Assembly: GCA_002269645.1 (NCBI GenBank)
Contig: NIVC01000926.1
Location: forward strand, 248,001-312,000
From: Macrostomum lignano
Lineage: Eukaryota
Direction of reading: 5' to 3'
Length of the DNA stretch: 64,000 bases
A program made the position numbers and the translations under genes. Under the pieces are notes generated by a model. It was given only the letters and a program-made list of their open reading frames with translations, had not been told where the DNA came from and did no database searches. Below are positions 11,504 through 23,790 of the stretch, piece by piece (position 1 is the stretch's first letter; each line of letters opens with the position of its first letter).

Positions 11504-13352
11504 TGAGGGGCACTAGATAAGTTTCTAGCTGCAGTCAACATGTAACAATTATAAAGATGAAACTTTCAGAGCTTTTCGAAGTACTCTCCATCAGCTTGGA
11601 TGCATCCCCTCATCTGCTCAAACCAAGTTTCAAAGCAGTGGTGCCACTCTGAGTGGGATACCCCTCAACGGCCAATCTATAGGCATCAATAGCCTCTTTG
11701 GTGGAGGAAAATTGGCACCCTCGCATGGAATTCTTGATGAATGGAAACAAAAAAAGTCACATGGTGCCAGGTCAGGTGAATATGGTGGATGACTAAGCTG
11801 TTGGAAGCCCACCATCTGTAGAAACTCTCGAGTTCGATTCGCAATGTGCGCATTGGCATTGTCCTGGTGCAGCCAAAGACCTCAAATGCTGCACTTTGGC
11901 CACACCTCTTTAAGGCTGCTAATGACACACGGTAGGCAGATGGTGCAGTACCAATCTGCAGTCACTGTGCGCTGGCTCTCGAGTGCTACAGTCGCAATAT
12001 GGCCAGTCTTTTGGAAGAAAGTTGCCACCATTTGCTTGCCAGTGCTCCAACCCCTGACAACCTTGGTTGGCAGGGCTTCATCTTCAAAAGCCCACACACG
12101 CGACTGGCATTTCCGCTTGGGTTCATAGCAATACACCCACGTTTTGTCACATGTGACAATGTCTGTGACAGACTTCGACATCCCTCCACCAAACCTGTCC
12201 AGCATTTCCTGGCACCAGCTCATGCGGGCCTGCTTCTGCTCAGTGGTGAGCAAATGCGGCACCTAGCAACTGGTCAGCTTGCAGACAGCAAGGTGATCAC
12301 AAAGGATAGAAGCAACTGTCGGCAATGAGATACCAAGATATGCCTCAATCGTTTGATATGTCACTTGCCGATCAGCCTCAATCATGCAACGCATGCGGTC
12401 GATAGTTTCAGGTGTCATCACTGAAACAGGTTGGCCAGTTCGACCTTCATCTTCCAAGCTGTCTTGGCCACTCTTGAACTCCCAGAACTAGGCAGTGATG
12501 GTGGCAATGGATAGCGCAAGGTTAGGAAAGGCAGCAAACAGCCACTTGTGGCACTGGTCCCTATTGGAATAAATGTTGAAAACCTGCAGACTTGCACTTT
12601 AGAAAAGAGTCAAACTATTTTACCGCGCTTTAGGATTAGGCCTATTAGAGATATTCCAAAAGAGCTGCAGTTTTGTCAAAATCAAAATTCGCTAACTTTC
12701 CAAAATCAAAACTGAAATTTCCTGAAATCATAACTTAAAAAAACAAAGTTTAGTATGACCAACACTCACTTTTTCACTTTCAATTTACTGCAAAATGTAA
12801 TACATGTATATGTAGTAGAAATTAGTTTATTTTAGTGACTTTTTAGACACTATCAAAATTTAGACACTATCAAAATTAGAAAATTTAAGCTTAACAAATT
12901 AAAATTGTATAAGCCCCTTCCACAGAGGTATTATACCCATTTCCATGTATATGTATTTGCTAGAGCAGCAGCCAGTAAGAAAGGGCAGCACATGCACAGG
13001 CGCCGTGCCTGTGCGCGCGCTGCGCTTTAGAAAAATTTCAAAAGTGCGCCAGACACCGTCTGCGGTTTTACAACTTTTTCCTATAGGGGCACTGGTAAAA
13101 TGTCAAGCTACTCTTAAAATTGTAGAAAATCATGGTACAAAAGTGTTCACAATTGAGATCCAATATAGTGCTGAAATATTCATAGACCTTGTTGAGATAA
13201 AATGCAACAGTGAGAGAATGGTGACAAATGACAATTAGGTGCATGAAACTTTGGGGATCATGATAAAACTTCTTATTCAATATGCTTAGAAAATATGGCC
13301 TAATTTGAATAAACAGTTTGACTGCAGCTAAAAACTTATCTAGTGCCCCTTA
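11504..13352 (-). mobile_element. Decayed mariner (Tc1/mariner, DD34D) transposon interrupted by a MITE
   Basis: TIRs gaggggcactagataagtttctagctgcagtc (11505) and its reverse complement ending at about 13352. Fragments include EHFCTMIFYNFKS, EDEGRTGQP, VPHLLTTEQK, IVTCDKTWVY and HPPYSPDLAPCDFF, with stops and frameshifts. Confidence 0.9.
12559..13088. mobile_element. 530-bp MITE inserted in the mariner HTH region; 8-bp TSD GCACTGGT
   Basis: gcactggt at 12551-12558 and 13089-13096. Imperfect ~30-bp TIRs CCCTATTGGAATAAATGTTGAAAACCTGCAGAC / CCCTATAGGAAAAAGTTGTAAAACCGCAGAC. A related copy starts at 36869. Confidence 0.75.
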
Positions 13353-13798
13353 TACTAGGGAATCATTGAAATATTCAGGCTTACTAGTGGAATCACTGAG
13401 ATTTCAAGGCTTACAAGGGGTATTGCTAATATTTCAAGGCTAAATGGTACTTTTTTGTTATAGTATATGAATCTATATTATATGTATTTAAATTAATCAA
13501 GTTTCTCAATAGTTTTAAGTTGAGGAAAAATATATTCTAAGACTTTAGAGGTTCTGCACAGGTTAAATATGTTCATGTACCATTAAAGGCAGATTGTGAT
13601 TCAAAATATTTGTTACAGCATTTTAAGTGTATAAATATACCAATCCATCAAAATTAAAACTAAAACATTAAAATTTTCCAACAATATAATTATATTTTTT
13701 TGCATGGCATTCTAGTCCAGTATATAAACCTGACACAAGTCCAGTTTCTATTTAAAAAAACAAAATTTGAATTGATTCAAAAGGGCCAGAAGTCCAAA

Positions 13799-16700
13799 AT
13801 GTCTAATGAAGACCCAGTTGGTCAAGGCCACGAAGACAAAGAGCTGACAGAGATGCCACCATCGCCAACAATGACTTCATCCGCCACTACGCTAAATGGC
13901 TCAATTCATGAGCAAGAGGAGCCAGACAACTCAATACAGGCTAGGAACGGTTCAATAATAATCGACCAACATCAGCAATTATCGGCGCACGAACTGCAGG
14001 ACGCTTTAAATCGGGTTCGAACTCTATCCAGCTGTCCTAGCGTCAGTTCGTGCGGCACAGCTCCTGAGGAGATCTTGTCAATAATGCCACAGCCAGACGA
14101 GGAGCAAGACGTTGACAGAGCCGATGATGTTGATGACGCAGATGATGGCGCGCGTGATGAAACTGGGCCCAAACTGTTGCCTGCTGATTCTCTGCTACCG
14201 GGAGAGCGGTACCGCTGCTCTGGCTTGGACTCAACTAGCCTGTTGATTGTGCTCACTAATTATCGATTGTTGTTGCTACGCCAACCGCCTGCTGATGTTG
14301 AATCTGCAGCATCCATATCGGGACGGATGGAGCCGGCTGAATTGCGTCTAATTGAATCTTTGCCAGTGTTTTTAATTGAACGACTGCAGGCTTTGGATGG
14401 ATTGCAGTTGCAACTGCATTGTAAGGTAGTGACTCAATATCTATGATTTATTTATTCATATTTACAAGTATTTTCCATTGGTTATCCATATTTCTATTTG
14501 GTCTATTTATGTACCCATGTCTCTACCCCTTTTACCCATGTCACTACCCACTCTACCCATGTCTCTACCCCTTTTACCCATGTCTCTACGCTCTCTACCC
14601 ATGTCACTACCCACTCTACCCATGTCACTACCCCCTCTGTCCATGTCTACACCCCTCTACCCATGTCTCTACCCCCTCTGCCCATGCCTCTACCCCCTCT
14701 ACCCATGCCTCTACCCCCTCTACCCATGTCACTACCCTCTCTGCCCATGTCTCTACCCCCTCTGCCCATGCCTCTACCCCCTCTACCCATGCCTCTACCC
14801 ACTCTACCCATGTCACTACCCCCTTTGCCCATGTCTCTACGCTCTCTGCCCATGTCACTACCCCCTCTGTCCATGTCTACACCCCTCTACCCATGTCTCT
14901 ACCCCCTCTGCCCATGCCTCTACCCCCTCTACCCATGCCTCTACCCCCTCTACCCATGTCACTACCCTCTCTGCCCATGTCTCTACCCCCTCTACCCATG
15001 TAACTACCCCCTCTACCCATGCCTCTACCCCCTCTACCCATGTCACTACCCTCTCTGCCCATGTCTCTACCCCTCTACCCATGTAACTACCCCCTCTACC
15101 CATGCCTCTACCCCTCTACCCATGCCTCTACCCCCTCTACCCATGCCTCTACCCCTCTGCCCATGCCTCTACCCCTCTACCCATGTCTCTACACCCTCTG
15201 CCCATGTCTCTACACCCTCTGCCCATGTCTACTACCCTCTGCCCTTGCCCATACTGACTCTACCCTTGCTCACCCACTCACTCACTCTCATGTCTATCCC
15301 TTACTCGGACCTCTGTTCCTCTCTCGACCCCATAATGCTACACAGGCTTTTTATATATCCATTTTAAATCCATTTAATACGGGAAACCTCAACGCTCTAT
15401 TAAACTCCTTAGGACGGGCGCTGCAACCTGCCCCGACTGTACTTCGACTCCCTCCCCGAGCTCAACCAGTGGGCCGAACGACTCGATCCGACCCGATTGA
15501 GTCCTCTTTTGGACTGCCAGGGCGCCACCTACTTTCCCTACCTATTCAAAAAGACGATCCGAAGGCGGCAGCAGCAGCAGCAGCCCGATGCTGAGCCTGT
15601 TGACATGGGCTACGAGGCGCACTACACTGAGAAATCTTTTATAGATGAAGCTAAACGACTCGGCTTCCTGGGCGATAATAGTGGCTGGTGCGTTACTAAA
15701 CTCAACTCCGACAGGTCTTTGTGCCAGTCCTATCCTAGGCTGCATCTGCTTCCGGCCTCCGTTACGGAAGACGAATTGCGCCAGTCTAGCGGCTACCGAG
15801 CTCTGGGTAGATTTCCGGCGCCAGTTTGGCGCTGCCGGGCTAATGGCGCCGTTTTGGCGCGCTCGGCCCAACCGCTAGTTGGATTGGCTGGATTTCTCGG
15901 CTGGCGTTGCGAACCCGACGAGAAATTGGTGCGAATGCTGACTTCCGATGCCGCTAAAAAGGTTTGTGCCAGCGATTGCTATTTTGTATTAGCTGAGCTG
16001 CCGTTTTCTATTAGCTGAGTTGCCGTTTCCTATTAGCTGAGTTGCCGTTTTCTATTAGCTGAGTTGCCGTTTCCTATTAGCTGAGTTGTTATTTTGTATT
16101 AGCTGAGTTGCCGTTTTGTATTAGCTGAGTTTCTATTTCGTATTAGCTGAGTTGCCGTTTTCTATTAGCTGAGTTGCCATTTTTTCTATTAGCTTATTTG
16201 CAATTTTCTATTAGCTGAGTTGCCATTTTCTATTAGCTGAGTTGCCATTTTCTATTAGCTGAGTTGCCATTTTTGCTTTAGCTGAGTTGCCATTTTCTAT
16301 TAGCTGAGTTGCCATTTTTGCTTTAGCTGAGTTGCCATTTTCTATTAGCTGAGTTGCCGCTTTCTATTAGCTGAGTTGCCATTTTCTAATAGCTGAGTTG
16401 CCATTTTCTAATAGCTGAGTTGCCATTTTCTATTAGCTACGTTGCGAATTTATAAATGGTGATTAAACACAGTCAGAGTTGAATAAGCAAGAAAACATAC
16501 ACTGACCCGAATTACCTAATCCAGGTGCTAATAGTGGACGCCAGGCATTACACTGCCGCGCTTGGCAATGGCACCCGAGGCGGCGGCTACGAACGGCCCG
16601 AATATTATACGGGCACAGAGATCGAATACCTGGGCCTGCCCAATATCCACGCTATTAGGAATAGTTTTGTCGCCCTGCGAGCCGCTTTAGGTGCTGCCTG

Positions 16701-19700
16701 TTGCGGTCGCGATGGCTCCTTAGCCTCTGTGGCCTCGAATTCGTTTTCTTCTAATAGCTCTGCTAGTGCTACTACTGTTACTCATAGTAGTTATGCTAGC
16801 GGTAATAATGGATCTGCCTCAACTGTGGCGACCGCGACAACAGAAGCGTTGCAAGCCTCATCCGCAACATCTGTGAGTAATAATTCTACTGTATCTCTGG
16901 CGCCTGGGCCTGTCGCTACAGTTTGTACGGCGCCGCCAACGTCAACTACTTCGTCTGGTGTCAGCTCCGCCGCTGCTGCCGCCGCCGCGGCCGCCGCAGC
17001 CGCTCAGAATGCGAGCTTCTTAAGCGACATCGAACGGGCCGGCTGGCTGACTTTGCTGAGCTCGTTGATTAGGCATTCTAGTAGAATCGCTCAGGTAATG
17101 GAAATGTTTTAAACTTGTCTTAACTAACCACAGGCATCTTTGCTTAACTTTCATAGCACAGCTGTGCTGCTCTGATTTAATATGTTAACTGGTAGAATGT
17201 CCTATTTATTTTTAGTTAGAGTCTCTGTGGCGCCAAAATGAGCGCCTGTCTGTGGCGCCAAAATGAGCGCCTGTATGTGGCGCCAAAATGAGTGCCTGTC
17301 TGTGGCGCCAAAATGAGCGCCTCTATGTGGCGCCAAAATGAGTGCCTGTCTGTGGCGCCAAAATGAGTGTCTGTCTGTCACAGCCTGTGGCGCCAAAATG
17401 AGCGCCTATCTGTGGCACCAAAATGAGCGCCTGTCTGTCACAGCCTGTGGCGCCAAAATGAGCGCCTATCTGTGGCGCCAAAATGAGCGCCTGCCTGTGG
17501 CGCCAAAAGCCCCAGCTTTTGGGTGTGGGCACAGTCCCACACTCACACAGGGGTGTATATACAGGAATATGAGATAGGGGATAAGTGCACCCAGGGGTTG
17601 AATAGATTAATGACTGGAAATCTTCGCCCCCCCCCGTTAGGGAGGCAGAAAAAGAATCTGTTGGAGTCTGTTAACCACACAGACACAGTAGAGTACAGCA
17701 ACCCTTACTTTATTTATCGTTAGGCATTTACCAAAATACCAATTTAACACCAAATGAATGCGACTGCACTTGGAATCGAGCCTGGGCCGCTGGCACATCA
17801 GAACGCCTGGGTAGACCACTGGGCTTTGGCCCCCTTTTAGAATATCGTATACTGATAATAATATTGATTGATTACTCGCACCAATTGGCCCGAATTGGGC
17901 CAGATGTGCAACCGACAGCGGCTATTGCATCTGAAGGTTGCGTACGGCTGTTCAGTCCAAGGACTGGGGGGTCGCCACACACCCTCAGTTACCCCAGCTA
18001 ATGCCGGCACCCATTTTACAGCTGGCTGAACTGAAGCAATGCAGAGTTGAGTGTCTTGCTCAAGGACACAAATTGTTTCAAGTGGGATCGGGAATCGAAT
18101 CCCCGACCTTCAAGTCATGAGTCCTACAACCTCCTTTACCCCTTTACTATCATATACTATATTATATTCTCATTGCTGTGGCTATTTGCGCACTGCGTGC
18201 ATTAGGGTCGCGATTATAATAGTCAGTGTTGTTGTACACCCCGTGTGAGCTAATCAAGGTTGCTGTACACCCCATGTGAGCTAGTGCGTGCTGGCTTCTT
18301 CGCTCGCTGCGCTTGCATTGTAGCCTTGATTCACCGGCTCAAATCCTCAGGTGCTGGTGTCCGAGGGTCGCTCGGTGCTGGTGCACTGCTCAGACGGTTG
18401 GGATCGGACCCCGCAGCTCACCAGCCTGTGCCAGGTCATAGCGGATCCCTACTACCGCAGCATCGCCGGTTTCCGCCTGCTGATCAATCGGGAATGGTTC
18501 GAATTCGGGCACAAGTTCGCCGACCGTTGTTCCGGTCGGGACGCGAACGAGCGGTCTCCAATATTTCTGCAGTTTTTAGATTGCGTGCATCAATTATTAT
18601 TACAATATCCTACTCAGTTTGAGTTCACCGACGCGTTGCTAAGGCGATTAGCGGTGCACTGTTACTCCGGCTTGTTTATTAGCTTCCTTAGCAACGGACC
18701 GGCCGAACGAGACGCTGCAGATTTAAAAAGTCGTGGCCTGTGCGTTTGGAATATATTAAAACTGGCCGGTATGAAGAATGAGCTTTACCAGCCCAGTCAT
18801 CGAGTCCTCACCCCGTCAGCCGCTATTCACAGTTTGCAACTCTGGAGAGCACTGTATGCCCCGCCTGGTCAACCTGGTAGCTTTGATCGGCTTGATTGGG
18901 ATGGTCTACCGCTCGCTTGCGATCCCTTTCAGGTGAGTGCGCGTGCTTGTTGCTGTACTGGGCCTAGTCTCTGATAGATGTGGTTTAGACTTTAGTGAGT
19001 TCGGTTTATGGTGTCTAATAGTGCTGGTTTATGACCTCTAATAGGGCAGGGTTATGACCTCTAATAGGGCTGGTTTGTGATCTCTAAAAAGGACTGGTTT
19101 TTTATCTCTAATAGGACTGGTTTATGATCTCTAATAGGTCTGTTTATGATCTCTAATAGGGCAGGTTTGTGATCTCTAATAGGGCAGGTTTATGATCTCT
19201 AATAGGGCTGGTTTATGATCTCTAATAGGGCTGGTTTATGATCTCTAATAGGTCTGTTTATGATCTCTAATAGGGCAGGTTTATGATCTCTAATAGGGCT
19301 GGTTTATGATCTCTAATAGGGCTGGTTTATGATCTCTAATAGGGCTGGTTTATGATCTCTAATAGGGCAGGTTTGTGATCTCTAATAGGGCTGGTTTATG
19401 ATCTCTAATAGGGCAGGTTTATGATCTCTAATAGGGCTGGTTTATGATCTCTAATAGGACTGGTTTATGATCTCTAATAGGTCTGTTTATGACCTCTAAT
19501 AGGGCTGGTTTATGATCTCTAATAGGGCTGGTTTATGATCTCAAATAGGGCAGGTTTATGATCTCTAATAGGGCTGGTTTATGATCTCTAATAGGGCTGG
19601 TTTATGATCTCTAATAGGGCAGGTTTATGATCTCTAATAGGTCTGTTTATGATCTCTAATAGGGCAGGTTTATGATCTCTAATAGGGCTGGTTTATGATC

Positions 19701-22700
19701 TCTAATAGGGCTGGTTTATGATCTCTAATAGGGCTGGTTTATGATCTCTAATAGGGCTGGTTTATGATCTCTAATAGGGCTGGTTTATGATCTCTAATAG
19801 GGCAGGTTTATGATCTCTAATAGGTCTGTTTATAATTTCTAATAGGGCTGGTTTATGATCTCTAATAGGGCTGGTTTATGATCTCTAATAGGGCTGGTTT
19901 ATGATCTCTAATAGGGCAGGTTTATGATCTCTAATAGGGCTGGTTTATGATCTCTAATAGGGCAGGTTTATGATCTCTAATAGGGCTGGTTTATGATCTC
20001 TAATAGGGCTGGTTTATGATCTCTAATAGGGCTGGTTTATGATCTCTAATAGGGCTGGTTTATGATCTCTAATAGGGCTGGTTTATGATCTCTAATAGGT
20101 CTGTTTATAATTTCTAATAGGGCAGGTTTTTTCTAATGGGGTTGGTTTGTGATCTCTAAAAAGGACTGGTTTATGATCTCTAATAGGACTGGTTTATTAT
20201 CTAATTGAGCTGGTTTATTATCTCTAATAGGGCAGGCCTAATAAGTCATCACTATTAAGATTGACCTTAAAGGAAATAGTTTATGTCATTGTGATTTTTT
20301 CTTCATTTCAATCCTACTTTAATTGGGGAACTCGAGTGAGTATTAGTTACTCCATTAGCTACTAGTGAATATAGTGAAATGCGAAAACGCAAACCCTGAC
20401 ATGTTTAGAGGCTGCGGTATTCCGAACATACGCTTCACAGAGTAAAGCTAATTACACCGTGGCTTACGAAGGTATTACCTGCTATAATAGGTACAGTTAC
20501 AATTAGGTTGCTTAATTTCAGCTAGTCGGCCGAGTGAGGAGGTTATAATCTCTTACTAATTAATACAGCAACCCGATAATGCCTCGATCATTATACAAAG
20601 CCACTCAGCATCCTCCCAGTGTGCTCTAGCGATCCACTACTTGCACCCTACCCCCAGTTTAACAATCCGCCCTTTACCCCACTCCTAGTTTAACAATCCG
20701 CCCTCTACCCCTACCCCCAGTTTAACAATCCGCCCTCTACCCCTACCCCCAGTTTAACAATCCGCCCTCTACTCCTACCCCCAGTTTAACAATCCGCCCT
20801 CTACCCCTACCCCCAGTTTAACAATCCGCCCTCTACCCCTACCCCCAGTTTAACAATCCGCCCTCTACCTCTACCCCCAGTTTAACAATCCGCCCTCTAC
20901 CTCTACCCCCAGTTTAACAATCCGCCCTCTACCACTACCCCCAGTTTAACAATCCGCCCTCTACCTCTACCCCCCAGTTTAACAATCCGCCCTCTACCTC
21001 TACCCCCCAGTTTAACAATCCGCCCTCTACCCCTACCCCCAGTTTAACAATCCGCCCTCTACCTCTACCCCCAGTTTAACAATCCGCCCTCTACCTCTAC
21101 CCCCAGTTTAACAATCCGCCCTCTACCCCTACCCCCAGTTTAACAATCCGCCCTCTACCTCTACCCCCAGTTTAACAATCCGCCCTCTACCTCTACCCCC
21201 CAGTTTAACAATCCGCCCTTTACCCCACTCCTAGTTTAACAATCCGCCCTCTACCCCTACCCCCAGTTTAAAAATCCGCCCTCTACCCCTACCCCCAGTT
21301 TAACAATCCGCCCTCTACCCCTACCCCCAGTTTAACAATCCGCCCTCTACCTCTACCCCCCAGTTTAACAATCCGCCCTCTACCTCTACCCCTAGTTTAA
21401 CAATCCGCCCTCTACCCCTACCCCCAGTTTAACAATCCGCCCTCTACCTCTACCCCCCAGTTTAACAATCCGCCCTCTACCTCTATCCCCCAGTTTAACA
21501 ATCCGCCCTTTACCCCACTCCTAGTTTAACAATCCGCCCTCTACCCCTACCCCCAGTTTAACAATCCGCCCTCTACCCCGACCCCCCACCCCAGTTCAAC
21601 AATTCCCCTTCTACCCCTACCCCCAGTTTTACAATCCGCCCTCTACTCCCCCCATACTAGCAATCAGCCATTTTAGATCCACAACCCCTATCTACCTACC
21701 TAAGCCTCTATATTTGGTTGCCAAAGCTGCAGCTTTACTTCTCAGGTGTTTCGTCCTCGTCCGTCATCTCTCTAGGGATTTCGACTGCTTCTATCTTCTG
21801 TGAGCATAAACCACTCTTTTTTAATAGCTGAGCAAGGCAAGGCAAAGCTGGAGACAAAGAGAAACGGATTTGCCAAAGGTGAAAAATTCACACTTTTTGA
21901 GTCTCCAGCTTAGACTGAATGCCGAAGGATTTAGATTAGCGGCTCGTTTAACAGCGACGGCTATTTGAGAGTGAAAAAATAGGATTAGCTCTTACGATTT
22001 TGTTGTAAGAGCGCTTAGAACGATGGTTTTTTATTACCATAAAGTCAATAGTTTGATGAAAAGCTTAAAAAATTGACATTTCCCGTTAGGCTAACGAGGA
22101 ATGGGGTGCGTCATTGGGAAATTGACGTCATTAATTTCGGTCTGTTGTCTTTGTTTGTGGCACTCGGCATGCTTTTAATATTTTATTTAATGCGTGCCCT
22201 AAAGGGGTGAGATTATCCGGTCCGTCACTCAATGTGGTGAGATTATCCAGCCCGTCACTCAATGTGGTGAGATTATCCGCTCTGTCACTCTATAGGGGTG
22301 AGATTATCCACTCTGTCACTCAATGTGGTGAGATTATCCACTCTGTCACTCAATAGGGGTGAGATTATCCACTCTGTCACTCAATGTGGTGAGATTATCC
22401 ACTCTGTCACTCAATGTGGTGAGATTATCCACTCTGTCACTCAATGTGGTGAGATTATCCACTCTGTCACTCAATGTGGTGAGATTATCCACTCTGTCAC
22501 TCAATAGGGGTGAGATTATCCACTCTGTCACTCAATGGGGTGATATTATCCAGTCTGTCACTCGATAAAAGTGGGATTATCCAGTCTGTCACTCGATAGG
22601 GGTGGGATTATCCAACATATATAGGTTAGTTGGAATTGGAATGTGCATAGAAAACGGAAGCTTGGTCAGTGCAGACAGGCCGAACAAAGCCAATATGCTT

Positions 22701-23171
22701 TATGCGCTCAATATGCAGGACCAGTTGCGTCAGCTCAGACGGGAGCTGAGCCAGGCCGAGCGAACCAGACAGTATCTTCAGGAGCGCCTTGATGCTCAAG
22801 CGGCCGCAGCTGCTGAGGGTGAGCAACAGCAGCAGCGACAGTCAGGCGGTCCAGGGAACGCCAGCAGCCGGTGCCGAAGCAGCGCCAGCAGTTCCCTGTC
22901 GGAGCCCAGCATGGAGAGCGCCGAGTTTGTTGACAATTGCGACGAAGGCGGCATTGTCCGCTGGGTGCCGGACCATCTGCGTCACACGTGCGCCAATTGT
23001 CACGCCAGCTTTAATCAATTGTTGCGTCGGCATCACTGCAGAGCCTGTGGCGACGTGTTCTGCTACAGGTGCTGCGATCAGTACATGCCGCTGCCTAACC
23101 AGTTTCTGCACGACAAGTGCAGAGTGTGCCAGCCATGCTTTGCCAGGCATAGCCATGGCGCTGACGCCTGA
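13799..23171 (+). CDS. MTMR3/4: Myotubularin-related phosphoinositide 3-phosphatase with C-terminal FYVE finger (MTMR3/4 type), 5 exons, ~926 aa
   Basis: Exons 13799-14425, 15413-15961, 16525-17094, 18351-18932, 22719-23171, all phase 0 GT-AG. Catalytic VHCSDGWDRT is intact. Also SYP...RALGRFP, VDAR...NG..GGGYE, LDWDGL + coiled coil, and FYVE WVPD...RRHHCRACG...RVC. The exon 5 acceptor is chosen by phase and homology. Confidence 0.93.
14505..15245. repeat. 21-bp minisatellite (ctaccccctctacccatgyct) in MTMR intron 1
   Basis: Direct tandem copies; they explain the 7-aa-periodic spurious ORFs. Confidence 0.95.
15985..16440. repeat. 22-bp minisatellite (tattagctgagttgccattttc) in MTMR intron 2
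   Basis: Period 22 measured at 16209/16231/16253. Confidence 0.95.
17222..17510. repeat. 25-bp minisatellite (gtggcgccaaaatgagcgcctgtct) in MTMR intron 3
   Basis: Period 25 (17227/17252); the core is shared with the array at 28915-29185. Confidence 0.95.
17520..17834 (-). mobile_element. tRNA-derived SINE, family A (second partial copy at about 46290-46480)
   Basis: The minus strand begins GGGGCCAAAGCCCAGTGGTCTA (A-box-like) ... GGCTCGATTCC (B-box-like). Body segments cacactcacacagg.gtgta, actttatttatcgttaggca and gactgcacttggaatcgagcctgggcc recur in the RPL34 intron. Confidence 0.7.
17860..18160 (-). mobile_element. tRNA-derived SINE with CORE-like central domain, family B
   Basis: Minus strand: GGGATTCGATTCC B-box followed by TGTGTCCTTGAGCAAGACACTCAACTCTGCATTGCTTCAGTTCAGCCAGCTGTAAAATGGG (18070-18010), which resembles the MIR/CORE consensus as recalled. 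Confidence 0.7.
19010..20240. repeat. 23-bp minisatellite (ctctaatagggctggtttatgat) in MTMR intron 4
   Basis: About 1.2 kb of homogeneous tandem array. Confidence 0.95.
20650..21640. repeat. 32-bp minisatellite (cccccagtttaacaatccgccctctaccccta) in MTMR intron 4
   Basis: Period 32 (20719/20751). Confidence 0.95.
22205..22615. repeat. 30-bp minisatellite (gagattatccactctgtcactcaatgtggt) in MTMR intron 4
   Basis: Direct tandem copies; 10-aa-periodic spurious ORFs. Confidence 0.95.
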
Positions 23172-23269
23172 CTAACACTGATTGATTTGCCTGCTTGCTC
23201 TGAGTTGCTTGTTAGTCTTGTGCTTGGACTGCGACTGCTTGTTAATATTTATACAGGCTCATTAGTAGG

Positions 23270-23790
23270 ACTGCGGCACTTCAGAAGATGGATTGCGGCA
23301 ATTCAAAGGGGGGATTGCTGCACTTCAAAGGGGGATCGCGGCACTTCAAAAGGGAGATTGTGGCACTTCAAAGGGGGATTGCGGCACTTCAAAGGGGGAT
23401 TGCGGCACTTCAAAGGGGGATTGCGGCTCTTCAAAGGTGGATTGCGGCACTTCAGAGGGGGATTTGCGGCACTTAAAAGGGGGGATTGCGGCACTTCAAA
23501 GAGGGATTGCGGCACTTCAAAGAAGGGAATTGGCGGAACTTCAAAGGGGGGATTGCGGCACTTCAAAGGGGGATTGTGACACTTCAAAGGGGGGATTGCG
23601 GCACTTCAAAGAAGGGTATTGGCGGAACTTCAAAGGGGGGATTGCGGCACTTCAAAGGGGGGATTGCGGCACTTCAAAGGGGGGATTGCGGCACTTCAAG
23701 GGGGGATTGCGGCACTTCAAAAGGGGGAATTGCGCCACTTCAAGAGGGGTTTGCGGAATTTTAAAGGGGCGATTACGGCACTTCAAAATG
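23270..23790. repeat. 21-bp minisatellite (ggggattgcggcacttcaaag) downstream of the MTMR stop (probable 3' UTR)
   Basis: The tandem array starts about 100 bp after the stop; AATAAA occurs at about 24355. Confidence 0.9.

Noticed and set aside
14443-15594. Long Pro/Cys/Thr-periodic ORFs (up to 289 aa)
   Set aside because: They are translations of the 21-bp intronic minisatellite, which is open in several frames; the flanking MTMR exons splice across it in phase.
19010-22615. CRISPR-like appearance of 23-32-bp repeats
   Set aside because: The repeats are head-to-tail with no unique spacers, there are no cas genes, and the context is a eukaryotic intron.
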